Shown: positions 24,341 to 41,037, counted from the stretch's first letter. The stretch: 64,000 nt of DNA from Macrostomum lignano (GCA_002269645.1 NIVC01003170.1:51299-115298); one strand, 5' to 3'. The notes: a model not told the origin generated them from the sequence alone. Translations and numbers: made by a program.

Positions 24341-25141
24341 ATGGACTTCTCAAACGACTTCAATCCTCACTGGACGCGTAATCAGATTAAGTTTTCTCAT
24401 CACGAGTCAATCCCGAGTCACTTCAGATGCATTGTTGTTGGTTCATCAGGTTCAGGTAAAACATTCAGAGTCTTTAACATGCTTCTTAGACCTGGCTTTA
24501 TCGACTATGACACTCTGCACATCTACTCTCCCACACTGTATCAAGATGAGTATAAAATGCTGATTTCTGGATTGCAAAACAAACTGAACAAAGAGGACAT
24601 TATTCAATGTTTTAATAACCAAATGAGCCTTCCCAGTAACCCTGAAATTGTAGCTGCTGAATATGCAAAGCACCTCAAAGACAATGAAAAATGGCAGAAC
24701 ATTAAAGTGTTCACCTATGGAGATCCGCAGGCTGATCCAAAGACCAAACTTCTACCCCAACCAGATGAGCTAGAAAAAGGGAGAAAGCATTTGATCGTCT
24801 TTGATGATTGTATGACAGGCCCACAGAAGCAGATAGAGAACTATTTTACAAGAGGGCGACATAACAATTGTAATGTAATTTACATTGCACAGAACTGGTT
24901 CGAGCTCCCGAACAAAACAATTCGTGGGAACTGCAATCTGATTCTCCTGTTTCCAACCATTCCACAGGATAGGCTAAAAAGATTTTACAATGAGGTCATT
25001 GCGCCTGCCTATTTTATAAATCCAACAAAAAACTCAAGCAGAAAGATTTCACAAGAGGAATTCGTTAATCTTTGCTATGACAAGTGGAACCAACCCTATC
25101 AGTTTGTCATGATCAACAAGGAAAAAAGAACTGTAATTTAA
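24341..25141 (+). CDS. A32/FtsK-like genome-packaging ATPase
   Basis: Walker A VVGSSGSGKT, Walker B LIVFDD, TRGRHNNCNVIYIAQ. Confidence 0.93.
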   Translation: MDFSNDFNPHWTRNQIKFSHHESIPSHFRCIVVGSSGSGKTFRVFNMLLRPGFIDYDTLHIYSPTLYQDEYKMLISGLQNKLNKEDIIQCFNNQMSLPSNPEIVAAEYAKHLKDNEKWQNIKVFTYGDPQADPKTKLLPQPDELEKGRKHLIVFDDCMTGPQKQIENYFTRGRHNNCNVIYIAQNWFELPNKTIRGNCNLILLFPTIPQDRLKRFYNEVIAPAYFINPTKNSSRKISQEEFVNLCYDKWNQPYQFVMINKEKRTVI

Positions 25142-25157
25142 AATTTGCTAATAAAAG

Positions 25158-25976
25158 ATGTCTATTAATTTTGCAGGTGAATCCATTTCTGGCAACAGCG
25201 CTCTTACATCAGCTCAAATATCCATCCTTGACAGGCGATATATCAACAGCGACGAAAAGATCCCAGAGATCAAACTGAATAAAAACAGACTGAAAGCCCT
25301 GGAGCGCTCCATGCACCAGTTGCAAATAAACATGGAAGATCTCAGGCTTAAAGTAGCTAGGCAGAAGTTTGAAAGTGATAAGCTTTATGTGCCGTTGTTA
25401 AACGCAACTAATGAACTTAGGTCAGAAATAACTTCGGCAGTCTCGCAAATCAACAGCTTAAGATCGACAGTTAATCTTCTGGGAAATTCCACTGATAGAC
25501 GGATGCGTATTCTTGAAGGAGGAGTTTTCACAAACACAGCTAAAGTGAATAATTTAGAAGAGTTCATGAACCAGTCAACAGCGTTGCATGATAGAATTAA
25601 AGAAAACGTCGCAACCAACACAGGTAAAGTGAGGAATTTAGAAGAGTTCATGACTCAGTCAACATCGTTGCATGATCGAATCAAAGAAAGACTTGAAGCA
25701 TTAAAGAGAAAGGATGTATCACACAGTAGCTATCTAAACGGAATGTATAGCTCTTGGGGTAAAATACTAAGGAGGCTTGATCGTCTGGAGAGAACACTCA
25801 ATCTTCGTGATATTGCTATTGATGAAGCAGAATCTACTGCTCGTCCGGTCATGTCTACAGATCGAGTAGAAGGAGCTCTGGACCCCGCCGGAGTAATCCG
25901 GCACGCTCTCAAACGTCAGCCGCCCAGCCGCTGCCTGCTGGACTCGCGATCCTCCGGCGTCACGAGAGCCGCCTAG
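25158..25976 (+). CDS. Coiled-coil protein with an internal 28-aa duplication (candidate fibre)
   Basis: Heptad pattern; TNTAKVNNLEEFMNQSTALHDRIKE repeated as TNTGKVRNLEEFMTQSTSLHDRIKE. Confidence 0.6.
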   Translation: MSINFAGESISGNSALTSAQISILDRRYINSDEKIPEIKLNKNRLKALERSMHQLQINMEDLRLKVARQKFESDKLYVPLLNATNELRSEITSAVSQINSLRSTVNLLGNSTDRRMRILEGGVFTNTAKVNNLEEFMNQSTALHDRIKENVATNTGKVRNLEEFMTQSTSLHDRIKERLEALKRKDVSHSSYLNGMYSSWGKILRRLDRLERTLNLRDIAIDEAESTARPVMSTDRVEGALDPAGVIRHALKRQPPSRCLLDSRSSGVTRAA

Positions 25977-27146
25977 ACAACCGGCGGTGCAGATGGAATT
26001 ATCAAAAAGAAAACAGATCTTTCAACCGGGTAGTTTTGTAATTTTTTTATTTTTTCTAGAGAAAAAAATGGCCCAACAAAATTCTCTATACGATCAGTCT
26101 CAATACGTTGAACCTAAAATACCGACAGCACCAAACCCAATGGCACCGAATTCGAACACACAAAGCCTGAATGCACCGAATCTGAATGCACCTCAATATG
26201 AGCAACAAAAACTCTACCCCGTCATTACTTGTAACTCTCAACAGTTTCGACTAGTGGAGATTCAAAAAATGCGAGATGATCTTGAAAAAAATATTTTCCA
26301 CAACACAAAGAAAATTAAGCGCTATGACAGCCACTGTAAATTTTTCGACTACAGCAATATGATTCTAGGATCTGTGTGTGTTCTAACTGGGTCTGCTGCA
26401 GCTGTCTCAGTGTTGCCAGTCATCACAGCCCCAATCGCAATCCCGCTCGGCTCTGCTGGTGCTGCATGTGGACTTATTTCAGCAATTACTGGAGCATTAG
26501 CGCGAAACAGGCGAAAAAACTAAAGCAGCTACAGGAGAAGCAAGTAAAAGAGAAAGGGGTGCACACTTCAATCATAGGATACATTTCAAGGGCAATCGAG
26601 GATAAGTTCATTTCAGAGGATGAGTTCAAAACCATTCAGGATCTTTATGAACAATCAATTCGAATGAACTTGAACATGGTCGGTACTGGGGGGGCAAACG
26701 GCAACTTAAACCGAGGGACTCTGTGACATCCGCCAGCTTTTCGTTTTTCGAGGAGGCTCTTCCCCCTCCTTTTCGTTCTGGCCTGGCGTGGAAGCGGCTA
26801 GCTTCCTCGTCTTGGTCTGCTGGTGGGGGACGGATCCCCCCTGCTGCTTTTTTGCGGGGCAGGTGGCTGCTAAGTAGTTGGCTGCTGGCTAAGCGCCAAC
26901 TACCCATCGACAGCCCTTAGTTGCAACTGGTACCACACGGGTTCTCGAGGGCCGCTCTTGTGGGGGAGGGCTCGGGCGTCGGCTGTCAACTCGACCTGGC
27001 GCCTGTGTCCCAAGCCCGCAGCCGGCCTCCCGCCCCCTGATCTTGCAGAGTGTGGACCGGGGGCCTGCCGGAGCCTCGCCTGGGAGCAATCCTGGGATAA
27101 GACGGCAACCCAAAGCTTCTCTGCTGTTTACCGTGGCAGAGGGTAG

Positions 27147-31977
<4,831 letters not shown>

Positions 31978-32195
31978 TCCTTGTGCTCTTTTACCTTGGG
32001 GTTGCGATAGGGGCCTCGCGGCCTATTCGCGGCGCCTGCGCCCCCCGTCAGTAGTAGTAAGTATGGTCGGTACTGATGACATGAGTCAACTGAAAAATGA
32101 ACTCGAGAAAGTTTTTCAACATTATGCGGAAAGAAAGTCGGCAAGAAGGACGGTGAGAAATTCGGTAAGGACAACGAGAAATGCACAATGAACCC

Positions 32196-32597
32196 CTATG
32201 AAACACAGGTACGAATAATTTCCTTGTAGGTCTTTCGTGTTTTGGTCATTGCAAACAAAACAGTCATGCACAGCTCACCGCAAATATCACTGCTAAGACC
32301 TTGGAGAATAAAGTCTGAGCGATAAATTTTTTTATTCTTTTTTCCCTTCATATAATTTCTTAGCTCTTCTGGTACTGCCGTCCCATAGCTATCGAAGTAA
32401 TAACACTTGTGCTTGCGATCGGGATCAATCACCCAGCAAACCCAATGAGATCCCGGCTTATCAGTGGTGTCAAAGTTCATGATGCCGCATTCTTTTCTTA
32501 GAGGAAAACCAGGCAGAGTGTCCCTCATAAATATTCCTCTAAAGTTTGGGATTTCCAGTTCGTTAGCCAAATCTTCAAGAAAGTTATTTGTCGTCAT
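32196..32597 (-). CDS. Adenain-like cysteine protease
   Basis: GSHWVC, YYFDSYG, Q...SDICGELC: catalytic H, D, Q, C present. Confidence 0.93.
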   Translation of the reverse strand: MTTNNFLEDLANELEIPNFRGIFMRDTLPGFPLRKECGIMNFDTTDKPGSHWVCWVIDPDRKHKCYYFDSYGTAVPEELRNYMKGKKNKKIYRSDFILQGLSSDICGELCMTVLFAMTKTRKTYKEIIRTCVS

Positions 32598-32649
32598 TTT
32601 TTTTAGTTTTATTAAACTTTCTCTTAAACCTAAACCTAGTCTCCACCTC

Positions 32650-35600
32650 CTAAACCCAACCTCCTAAGCCTAATCTCCAATGCCCGAACGGTAGACTGTT
32701 AATATTGTCATCAAAAATGAATCTCTTGTTATCTGCACCTGACAGACCAATCTTCTTTTGCTGAATTGTGTGAATAATATGGTTTTTAGATTGTAGCTTT
32801 GAGAACTCATGTGATGTCTTTTTGTTGCAATTCAAGGCGTCTCTGTATTCAGCTTCATTAATTTCCTTCCTAACCACACGTTTCGGAATTCCCTTTGATT
32901 TTTTAATTGGGTCTGACGACTCACATTTTACAAAATAGGACTTTGCTCTCAACCCAATGAATTCAGTGATTATGTCACCAGCAATCTCGTCCTTCATTTT
33001 CCCAATCACTTTCTTGTTAGTAGCGTCAAACACTTGATCGCCATTCTGTGTCCTGCAAGATTCATCATACTCAGACAAGTCAAACAAATCTTTTTGCTGC
33101 AGCATGTCCTGATAAATGTCTTCTGTTTGAATGTCCATAATAAAACTGTCTGTGTCAGTGTACAAGAGTTTCATTTTATCCTTGTACTGCTGCTTCATGC
33201 CATAGAAGAACTGGTACATCAGACGTTTTGATTCGTCGAGAACAGTGACACCTGTATAGATCGGCTTGCGCAGCGTCACCTTGGTTTTGTAAAATATGAT
33301 CACACCTAAGTAGCTATTAAAGATATGGAGTTCTTTGAATGTTGGCTTTGACATATTTGCCTGAATAACAGCAGGCTCTGATGAGGTAACAAGTTTCAGG
33401 TTTGTTCTTTTCCGCTCATTCTCAAGAGTCTTGCCATAGACAGAGTTGTTGGCCAACTTAAAGAGGTTCTTGTCAAAGTCGTTGGTTGCTTTGGTCCTAA
33501 ACTGGGTGTTCTTATCAATGTAGGGTTTCATCCACGCTTCCTCTGTAAATGTAAGAGCCCGGTGAACTTTGGTGACCCTGCAACCAAGTGAGATAAAATA
33601 TTGAAGCAGTTTGTAATGGATTTTGTAACGTGTCTTGTTGTTTAGATTCTGTGTTAGTTTCTCTGTATGTTCTTTTTCTGTTCCTGACAGGTGCCAAGTT
33701 CCATTATTATCATTGGGAGTTTCGATTATTTTCGGGCACTTGATGTTCTCTGGGAAGGGTGGAAAGTCAGAGAAATAGTCGTGAAGCTCTGGTGGAATGT
33801 AAACATCAACTTCATAAATGGCAGCCAATGAAAAGTCCCACTTTAGTTCTGATGAGGGTAGCCATCGAAAATCTCTAACTGGAAGATCTTGACTCATCGC
33901 CCACCCGTAGAGATTATTAGCGTCCAAGTAAGTAATGTAGTTTGAGGGTTGCTCCTTATTGTAAGATCCAATGTAGGGATTGTTTGCTCTTGCATACCTG
34001 TTAACACAAATTGAGATTCCCCCTCGCTTTGACGATTCGACAAAATTGTACATGTCAATGTCTGTAAGAAGTTCAATGTACCAATCTGGATCTTGATCCC
34101 ATTTCATTTTAAGCAAAGATTCCCAGCTAGTGGCAGGCAGAGACACATAATGTGCTGGATCGAGGCCATATGCTGTGTACCAGGTGTATCTGAAGGTTTC
34201 AAACACATCGGCCAGCAGAAACACATCTGTGAAGAGGTAAAGCAGGTGATACTGGAAAAAGTTTTGACAATTAAAGTAATTATAGACATGCTTCGCGTGC
34301 TCATAGTCTTTGTCAGAGATTCCAGAGTTTGTTAGCTTTGAAAAGAATTTCTCCTGTGGTGGTAAACCTTCTTCAAATACGTGATACCCAGTAATATTTT
34401 CATAGGGGTAGAAGCCTTTGGTTCTCAGGAGTTTAAATGATTCATCACTGTTGTAAATTTTACTTGCAAACATCTTTGTATATGTACATTGTTCATCTTT
34501 TAGATTCTTGCTTAGTTCGTCTAGACTGGCAGCAAGAAATTGATATGAATCCTTCAGTCTTATTTTACCTGTAATTGAATTGTCCTGTTTAATATCAACA
34601 CACTTAAACTTCTCCTTGGTCTCTGCGATGCAATCAAGGTGTATGTCTGGAATCATGCCGATTTTTTCAACTATTAAATGCATGTCATAGTTCTTTGCGT
34701 TGTGACAAAATATCGTTAGATCATGAATGTTCGATTTTAGCTTTAGATTACAGGTGTTATGCGCTGCACCTCTAAATTTCCCAGTAAAGTGGCAGTGGTC
34801 CCTAACGGTGGGGTTTTTTTAAATCAGTGCAAGTTAACTGTTTCCTGCAGATGTGGCAATGAGTTGCTGATAGGAAATTGCTTTCATCCTCCTCAGACAT
34901 ACTTATTGGAACAGGTTGAAGGGTGCTAATCACTTTTTGCAGCTCTAACATTCTGGCAATAAACTGCTCCACACACTGCTCTCCAAAGAAATAATTATAC
35001 TCAACAAGTCCTTTTGTATTAATAAAGGCATATGCTACTGAATTGGGGACATGTTTTTGAGTTTGAGTTTGTTTTTGAGTTTCTGGCACGATTGAGCATT
35101 CGAAATCAGCATATACAACAAATGGGAGCTTCTCCATCTTGTGATAGTTCTTAAACCGGAGATACTTCTCTTCAGCTGAAGGAAGAGAGCAGTTTGTTGG
35201 GTGATCCTCGCATGATAATTCATGCTCTGCTAGTTTTTCAAAGCGTTCAGGTCCACTGTAATGCTTAAGGCACAAGCGGCAGATGGCAACAGCCTCGTGA
35301 TGATTATTCAACTGCTTGTGAATGAGTCTTGAAAGATCTTTAATCCAAACATAGTGAGCCTCCTCTAGTAAATTACCAATCACTAGAAGATCCACTTCAG
35401 TCCGCCTTTTCCCCTCAGGATCTAAAACGTCTTTGCTACATCTGACCGGTTGAACTTTCTCAGTTTTTTCACTCCACTCAAAGACTGTGATTCTAATTTT
35501 GTTATTAAACACTTCTTCTAGCTTAGGGATCTGAGAAATCGCCAAGCCTCCTTTGTCAAACCTGATTCCCTTCTTTTCGCATTCGATGAGATAGTAGTTG

Positions 35601-36496
35601 AAATAATTTTGATAATTTGAGGTTCTTTCGGGGTGGTGAGGGACACTATCATAAAGAAGTGCAGAAAGAACTGCCCATAGAGCACAGCAATTGTCTTTAT
35701 TTTTAACATTTATGCAAGCTTTTTTGCCGGCTAGCTTATGCGGGAGCTCTATATAAGAGGAGGCTTTAAGTGGGTCATATTTCATGACCATGACAGTCGC
35801 TCTTTGAATCCCCCCTACGACCCATCCGGAACCTCTGGATGTAAACGCTTCAATTTTCTTAGTGACATCTTGAAGGAAAGGATCCAGTGTGTCTGTAGGG
35901 GTGAATGGCTTTGCCTTTGTTGTCATGTAATACTCGAGATGCTCAGTGGGTTTTGCAGGCATATAAAACGCAATCTTGAATGATATCTGTAGTTTAAAAG
36001 TCTTGCGTGTTTTGAGTGTGTGATCAACAACTGATTGGATGCTGTCTTTATAGTCGTAGATATTTGCGGTGGTACCGTTGGTGCCGTTAATTGGGATTGT
36101 GTACTCTATGTAATGTTCTGTAAACTTCCTCTGTGCAAAATTAATCTCTTCAATGGCAAGCTCCGACTCTTTTAAATGGATTAATTGCTCTAATTTCTCT
36201 TGTTCCTGCTTATTTTGTGGGTACTTTGCTTTTTCACCAGTGAGAGTTTCGTATTTGTTAACTAAGTTGCGACTCCTCTCTTGGTGTTCCTTTGCAGGAT
36301 TTTGTATAGGCGCATATTGGTTGGATTCTAATTGATTGATGATTTCCAACTGTTTTTCATAGCTTCCCAGGTGACCAGGGTCGGTGTTGAACCTTTGTTT
36401 GCATGCTTCTCTTAGTAAATTACTTTTGTCTTGAAATGAGACGCCTTTTGAAAAATATTTGTTGACTAAATCTTTTGCTGGATTAGCTTTTGGCAT
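32650..36496 (-). CDS. Protein-primed DNA polymerase B, split by one +1 frameshift in a homopolymer near 34810-34820
   Basis: ExoI YADFEC, VRDHCHFTGKFRGAAH across the junction, FCHNAKNYD, YLDANNLYGWAM, KLANNSVYGK, YTDTDS. Confidence 0.95.
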
Positions 36497-36620
36497 TTTT
36501 TTCTCTAAAATAAAAAAAATTTTTGAGGGTGACCACCCTGATAGAAAAGTTGAACTGTTTCTACATCCTATAAGTAGCGTTAGGTTTATGAAGCTGGATA
36601 AAGTGGGGTTTTAAACCTCA

Positions 36621-37066
36621 TCACATCCGCATTATTGTAAACCCAGCATTGTGTAGTGTCATGATTGCTTTGACAATGTCAGACTTGCTTACAGAATTTT
36701 CATGCTCACAATCATCAAAATCCGGGCAGCCCTCTCCTGCCTTAATTGTTATACCTTTATCTCTTGCAATCTTTTGCAATTCCAGCTGGTGGGCTCTATC
36801 ATTACCAGCTTTAACAGCAGTTGCTACACCTCCAGCTACACCACCTGCGGCACTTACAGCGCCTGCAATGATCGGAATAAGAGCTGCTAATGGTAGGATT
36901 CCTCCTGACTTTTCATCTGTGATGCTGTGTCTTTGCTCATTACACTGAACTATTTGCTGCACGGGATCGACTTTTACTTTGGCACCTTTAATTGATATAA
37001 GACCTGGTTTCTTTGATTCAATGATTTTATTGAGTTTATTGAGGTTCTAGTTTCAATCTTTGTCAT
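36621..37066 (-). CDS. Adenovirus protein X (mu)-like protein, 1-nt frameshift near 37045
   Basis: KSGG^ILPLAALIPIIAGAVSAAGGVA resembles adenovirus pX RGG^ILPLLIPLIAAAIGAVPGIA. Confidence 0.7.
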
Positions 37067-37082
37067 TTTTTATTTTAATATT

Positions 37083-38078
37083 TTAATTAATTTCCGTGTC
37101 AGCTGGTATCACTAGGAGTTCAGCTCTAGTGAATGACCGCGTGGGGGATTTAGGGTTAAAAGCCTGAGATAAAAAGTAATAGTCACCGGAGTCGGAGGTA
37201 AAATGTCTGTCTATTTTATGTACATCAAGGCTGAAGTATGGATCTGTAGCTCTTCTTTTGGTGTCCTTCTCTAGCTCTCCAGGTAGATATAAAAAGCGTA
37301 GAAACTCAGAGTTTGTCAGTATGTATGGTGATTCAACTCCTGGAAGCTTAGGGTAGTTCGAGGTGTCTGTTCTATGAGATGACTTAAGTTCGACAGTGTC
37401 TTGTTTAATTGCATGGGATGGTTTCAATCCAGTCATGCGTGTGACTTCATTGTTCAGTTGCTCTATAACAGTGGGGAGCCGGTCTGACCACTTGGTATAG
37501 TACTGACCACTTTTTAGTTTCAGCTCTTCAGCTGTCTGCTTAGTGAATAGCCTCTTGGCTAGAGTTAGATTGAATCTTTCCACAAAAGCCTGGTCTCTGT
37601 GTAGCTCAGTTCTTCCATAGCGAATTTTTGTGTCATGCTTATGTAGAAGTGATTTCACTGCACCCATGAATTCTTTACCCGGGTCCGTCATAAAGATTTC
37701 AGGGTAACTAAGGGGTGAGTTTTTATAAATATCTTGGAGGGCGGCTGCAACTGCTTCTGACTTCTTCGTCTTAAGCGGTCTCGCTTCCTTATATCTGGAG
37801 GCAACGTCTGTAATTGTAAGAGCATACTTGTAGCCTGAGTCGTTGGGGAGAAACAAAAGATCTGCTTGGTGCGCTTCATTAGGTTTATAGATGCTAAAGT
37901 GAGGTCTTGTAAATTTTACTGGTGGGAAATAGACTTGAAAGAGAGCCTGCTTAGAGAGCGATTTTTCTACTGTAGCTTTTGGTTCCTTACTCAGCTCCAT
38001 TAGTTTACTAACGGCATTTTTGCCTACAAAGAATCCTTTGTCGCTGTAGTAGAGTTTTTTAAGTTTCTGATCTGTCAT
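37083..38078 (-). CDS. Retroviral-like (rve) integrase
   Basis: HQADLL, TDVASRY, TDPGKEF, VERFN (D,D,E intact). Confidence 0.95.
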   Translation of the reverse strand: MTDQKLKKLYYSDKGFFVGKNAVSKLMELSKEPKATVEKSLSKQALFQVYFPPVKFTRPHFSIYKPNEAHQADLLFLPNDSGYKYALTITDVASRYKEARPLKTKKSEAVAAALQDIYKNSPLSYPEIFMTDPGKEFMGAVKSLLHKHDTKIRYGRTELHRDQAFVERFNLTLAKRLFTKQTAEELKLKSGQYYTKWSDRLPTVIEQLNNEVTRMTGLKPSHAIKQDTVELKSSHRTDTSNYPKLPGVESPYILTNSEFLRFLYLPGELEKDTKRRATDPYFSLDVHKIDRHFTSDSGDYYFLSQAFNPKSPTRSFTRAELLVIPADTEIN

Positions 38079-38108
38079 TTATTTAAAAAGAAAATTTTAA
38101 ATAAAATA

Positions 38109-38579
38109 ATGCAGCGCTCTGGTGGTAAAATAGATTCACATGGACTGATAGAAAAGCTTCCTCATCCAAACAAAGGCTGGACACTTCCCGGCTATAAATA
38201 TTGCGGGCCTTTGAATCCACTTGAAATACAGCTAGATAAAAACAATAATCCACATCCTGGGCATGAGCCTGTGAACGAGCTAGACTCTGTCTGCATGTGG
38301 CACGACGTTAAGTATAGAGATTTTCCTGAGGAGAAGAATCGCTGGGACAAAGAAATGCTCAGGAGACTCGACAATATAGGGGCTTCAAGCGGATTTCGCG
38401 AGTCTATTGCTCGGAAGCTAGTTAAAGCTATTATTTTTAGTAAGACAAAATTGGGGTTGGGGGTTGAAGGCGAGGGTGGGTGCACAGGGAGAGAGAGCGG
38501 GGTGGGCTTTGTACTGCATGCACCAAGGAAAGAACTAGGAAGACTGCTGAAAGAGCTGGGGGTTGAGAGAGCAGAATGA
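38109..38579 (+). CDS. Parvovirus VP1u-type phospholipase A2
   Basis: LPGYKYCGPLN (Ca loop), NELDSVCMWHDVKY (HD dyad), downstream D. Confidence 0.88.
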   Translation: MQRSGGKIDSHGLIEKLPHPNKGWTLPGYKYCGPLNPLEIQLDKNNNPHPGHEPVNELDSVCMWHDVKYRDFPEEKNRWDKEMLRRLDNIGASSGFRESIARKLVKAIIFSKTKLGLGVEGEGGCTGRESGVGFVLHAPRKELGRLLKELGVERAE

Positions 38580-38831
38580 TTCAAGCAAGAAAATTCAAGA
38601 GAAACTTTTTAAGAAAATAACAGCAAAAGAAAAAGAAATGAAAGACATACTTTTTGAGCAGCAGTTAGTTTCCCAAATTTGGTACTCACACAGGCTGCCA
38701 CTCGAAGGCCGCTGCTACAGCCCGCGCATCTTTAAAAGAAGAAAAAAAGTAATTTGATATTAGCAATCTCCTTACTTTCTTTTTTCTTTTAAAGATGGAA
38801 AAAATGTTAATCTTGTCTGAAACATGAAAGA

Positions 38832-38930
38832 GAAGATTTAGAGAAGAAGAGAAGAGAAGAGAGGAGAAGAAGAAGAAGAAGAAGAAGAAGAAGAAGAAGA
38901 AGAAGAAGAAGAAGAAGAAGAAGAAGATTT
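38832..38930. repeat. (GAA)n / purine-rich microsatellite
   Basis: Direct observation. Confidence 0.95.
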
Positions 38931-39075
38931 AGAGAAAATGAGAATTATCTTCTTATTATTATTCATAAGATATAGCGAAAGAAAGCGAAAAAGAAAGCGA
39001 AAGCGAAAGTGAAAATTATTAAGAAGATAAAGAAAATAAAATAAAAGTTATATTTATTTACTATTTTTACTATTT

Positions 39076-39849
39076 TTATTTACTATTCTTTTTTATTTGA
39101 ATAACACCCATACTCCAATAGGTTTTATATTGATGTGAACACATTAACATGTCTTCAATATCATTTTTTAAGGTGTAAAGTTCTTCAAATGTTATATTTA
39201 GCTTAAAAAAACGAGGATAATCATGTAATGTTTTACTAAGAGACAACATTTTTCTAATAGTGCTTTTAGCATATGTTATCCCATGTTGTTGCAAAAACTC
39301 CAAAACCTGATCATCACAACTTTTACATATAACAGTTTCTTCAGGATGTTCTATTCTATATTTCGCTGCGTTGTGGTTAAACCATACACCACAGATGTAT
39401 GTGGCAATGAGCATACGATTATTACATCTTTTTAAACTTGTGACTGCCGTCTGTAGTTGTTCTTGTACAGATAACGGCATATTCGTATCAACAATAGAAT
39501 AGGGGTGATTAAATTCATCGACCCCTTCAAATTCAAATACTTTTGCGCAAAGATATTGATGAAGCGTCTCACCAGTTGGCCGTAGTTTTTGCTTCTTTAC
39601 TTTTACTTTCTTTCTTGCTGTTTGATCTTGATCCTCATCTACATCCATGCGCTCTTCATTTAATTTTTTTGATCGATCTTCTAAATTGCCACAACTAGGT
39701 ACCAACGGGCAATCTAATGTAACTTTTAAATGAATTAAATCATCTTCAGATAAGAGTAGTTCGTGTTTATTGTTATATTTTGCTAACTCATTTAGCTGTA
39801 AAATTTTAGAGAAGAGAGATAGATCTGGTGTGACAGACAAGTCAGACAT
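39076..39849 (-). CDS. Maverick orphan, 257 aa, AT-rich
   Basis: Open frame with a basic NLS-like stretch RKKVKVKKQK and a helical C-terminus (KSTIRKMLSL...DYPRF). Confidence 0.65.
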   Translation of the reverse strand: MSDLSVTPDLSLFSKILQLNELAKYNNKHELLLSEDDLIHLKVTLDCPLVPSCGNLEDRSKKLNEERMDVDEDQDQTARKKVKVKKQKLRPTGETLHQYLCAKVFEFEGVDEFNHPYSIVDTNMPLSVQEQLQTAVTSLKRCNNRMLIATYICGVWFNHNAAKYRIEHPEETVICKSCDDQVLEFLQQHGITYAKSTIRKMLSLSKTLHDYPRFFKLNITFEELYTLKNDIEDMLMCSHQYKTYWSMGVIQIKKNSK

Positions 39850-40271
39850 TTTTAACCGAGTAACTCTTCAAAAGTAGTTGTATAAATAAGCTTTCTTCCT
39901 TACCCGACCGACTTTGGGGGGGGGGGTGTCCGCCTGATAGCGGCGAGACGACTTGGCTTTGGGGATAAGGGGAGAGAATTGAGTAGACTGAGAAGAGCTG
40001 TGGGACGAGGGACAATGGAGGATCGGGGGTATGGTTTTGGTTGGCCATACGTATGCCATACGTAGCATACACGTGCTGCGGGATTGACTGTAGGTAGAGA
40101 AGTGGAAAGAGAGAGAACTTGCTATGTAGAAATAAATGCTCGCGGTGAGGAGAAGCTTGTGCATAGGAAGAGAGGTTCTCTCTGTATACGGGGCCTGCGT
40201 ACTCTGAGTTAGTGAGGGCATGAAGCTTTTGTATGGGGGAAGAGATATTTGCTCTGTACATGTTCGGCGGC

Positions 40272-40378
40272 GGAACATTTGTTGGGCTGAGGAACAAATG
40301 TTCGGCTGAGGAACATTTGTTCGGCTGAGGAACATTTGTTCGGCTGAGGAACATTTGTTCGGCTGAGGAACATTTGTA
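40272..40378. repeat. 19-bp tandem repeat, 5-6 copies
   Basis: Unit gaggaacatttgttcggct. Confidence 0.9.
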
Positions 40379-40570
40379 GCTGGCTCTGTAGCTGGTGCCC
40401 TAGAGGGTAGTTTTACATTTTTCCCTTAGATAAATAGTTGCAAGTGGTTGATTTTAGATGTAAGAGCATTGTGTATGAATAGATCTTAGTAGACATTAAC
40501 AAGCCTGGCAGAACTGTTCAGTGTGAGTTCCTATAATAAGAACCTGGAGAGATGATTGGAAGCATTTTTA

Positions 40571-41037
40571 TTTTTTTCAAAGGGTAAGGACCCTGCGCTG
40601 ATGATTTAAAGTCTTAGGGATCTGGTAGCACGTTGCGAATTGAATGTGGGGAGAAGAATGCAGATTATTTTCTGATTGTTTCGAAGATGTTATGGGTGGA
40701 TGTCAGTGGATTATGTCTGTGTCAGTGAACATAACAGGTGTCCACAGTGAGCATAACAGGTATCAGTGGACACCTGCTCTGATTCTGTCAGGGATAATAT
40801 GGATGGATTTAATGGGATTATGTTCGAAGTTTTCGGAGCAAGTGCGGCCCCTCCCCTTTTTTTCTGATTCTGTCAGGGATAATATGGATGGATTTAGGTG
40901 GATTATGTTCGAAGTTTTTGGAGTAAGTGCGACCCCCCCTTTTTTTCTGATTCTGTCAGGGATAATATGGATGGATTTAATGGGATTATGGAGGACGTGA
41001 AAAATTTTGTCCCAAAAGCCCCCTCATGCCTTCTACT
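40571..41037 (-). repeat. Right TIR of the Maverick (3 internal units)
   Basis: Inverse of the left TIR. Confidence 0.95.

Noticed and set aside
25865-25873. Internal AGTAGAAGG identical to the Maverick terminus
   Set aside because: Only 9 bp, no further TIR similarity, inside an open frame; chance.
34800-34830. Programmed -1 frameshift in pPolB at A AAA AAA C
   Set aside because: Restoring VRDHCH needs a +1 shift; an extra homopolymer base (mutation or sequencing error) is simpler.
39842-40354. Two minus-strand ORFs of 155-170 aa
   Set aside because: They start in the 19-bp array and show no protein-like motifs; a real gene is not excluded but is unsupported.
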